A DNA stretch of 63,572 nt, the filler included, from Reticulomyxa filosa (lineage: Eukaryota; Protista; Foraminifera): NCBI GenBank assembly GCA_000512085.1. It is 14 parts of 14 records of this genome, joined end to end, with 100 filler letters (N's around TTAATTAATTAA, not from the genome) between each part and the next. Parts side by side here need not be neighbours in the genome. Positions count along the whole stretch, not along the records: positions 61,505 to 63,572 come from ASPP01018359.1; 13 more parts are not named here. One strand, given 5' to 3'. The notes beneath the pieces are model-generated. The model saw only the letters and a program-made list of their open reading frames with translations, was not told the DNA's origin and ran no database searches. Positions within the stretch are counted from its first letter, which is position 1. Each line of letters starts with the position of its first letter. The translations under genes and the position numbers were made by a program. Below, piece by piece: positions 62,826-63,572 of this stretch.

Positions 62826-63534
62826 ATGGAGAAGACTGTCGATTTGTGCTTTGTTATAGATTGCACAGGTAGAAAAAAAAAATGTTGAAAATTGGCTGAC
62901 TTGAGGAAAAATTGCTTGTGGCTGTTGAACAGGCTCAATGTCCAGCTGGATAAAAAAATGCAAGGATGATATCCAAGGCATTGTAGTTAAAATAAAGAAA
63001 GACTTTCCTTTCAAAATTAAAGTCTCCTGCGTTGGTTACAGGTACCTCTTACTTTGTTTACAATAATGATAGTATTATTGCAATGAAAAACATAATCCAG
63101 AGATTTCAGTGATAATCCTCCATTCGAAACACAAGATTTCACAGAAGACATTGATGTGTTTAAAAAATTTCTGGGAAGATTAGAGGCAAAAGGAGGAGAT
63201 GATCAATGTGAAGATGTCATAGGCGGTTTGGAAAAGTGTGCAGAGCTTCAATGGTCAGCACCCATCAAAGTGTTGTTTCACATTGTTAAGTCTTTTTTTG
63301 TTTGTTTGTTTGAGAAGGATAAACAAAAAGTGACTCCAAAAAAAAATAATTTTTAACAACAAATAGGGAGACGCTCCACCACATAATAAAAAGTACCACG
63401 ACAATGCTGGTGACAATTATCCAGACAATTATCCAGACAACATACAACGAGATCACAGCGCGGCTTTAAGAGCACTCCAAAAGAAAGGGAATATGAGATA
63501 TTACATTGGGAAATTAAATAGCAGCTTAAACAAA
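62826..63534 (+). CDS. von Willebrand factor A domain protein (VwkA/alpha-kinase-associated type); exons 62826-62868, 62933-63041, 63101-63284, 63367-63534; 3' truncated
   Basis: Spliced: VDLCFVIDCTGSMSSWI (MIDAS), VGYRDF, GGDDQCEDVIGGL, LFHIGDAPPH; three GT-AG introns with compatible phases. Confidence 0.9.
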
Positions 63535-63572
63535 GTTTCTCGTCTTCTAAGAAATGGAGGGAGAAGGGGGGG

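Overview
This window is not one locus. It is 14 short, AT-rich, intron-containing eukaryotic contigs joined by an artificial 100-nt linker (44N-TTAATTAATTAA-44N). Contigs: 1-8102, 8203-12956, 13057-15396, 15497-25986, 26087-31357, 31458-34897, 34998-40233, 40334-43200, 43301-46958, 47059-56327, 56428-57995, 58096-59733, 59834-61404, 61505-63572. Gene style (many WD40 paralogues, many pseudogenes, homopolymer frameshifts) suggests a rhizarian protist, most likely the foraminiferan Reticulomyxa filosa; this is inference, not verified. Recognisable genes: an unusually long RPL36, a LAMTOR5-like gene, NOM1/SGD1, a USP9/24/34-type deubiquitinase, protoporphyrinogen oxidase, an Alba protein, an ELAV-like RRM protein, a GNAT, an HSPA12-like Hsp70 head-to-head with a VwkA-type vWA gene, and a >1100-aa PT-repeat/TSP1/Ser-Asp surface protein. 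There are also eight WD40 genes or pseudogenes, a decayed Ty3/Gypsy integrase, a TA-flanked Tc1/mariner-like MITE family and a second hairpin repeat. Most notable observations: (1) a phase-0/0 exon, exactly 99 nt in three genes, encoding a conserved WxR...LGWIxDFxxIxxxY module in front of two different WD40 propeller families; (2) a RelA/SpoT-like domain remnant; (3) the modular adhesive or phosphophoryn-like protein; (4) introns with T-rich 5' halves and A-rich 3' ends instead of a polypyrimidine tract. All calls are by eye, without database searches.
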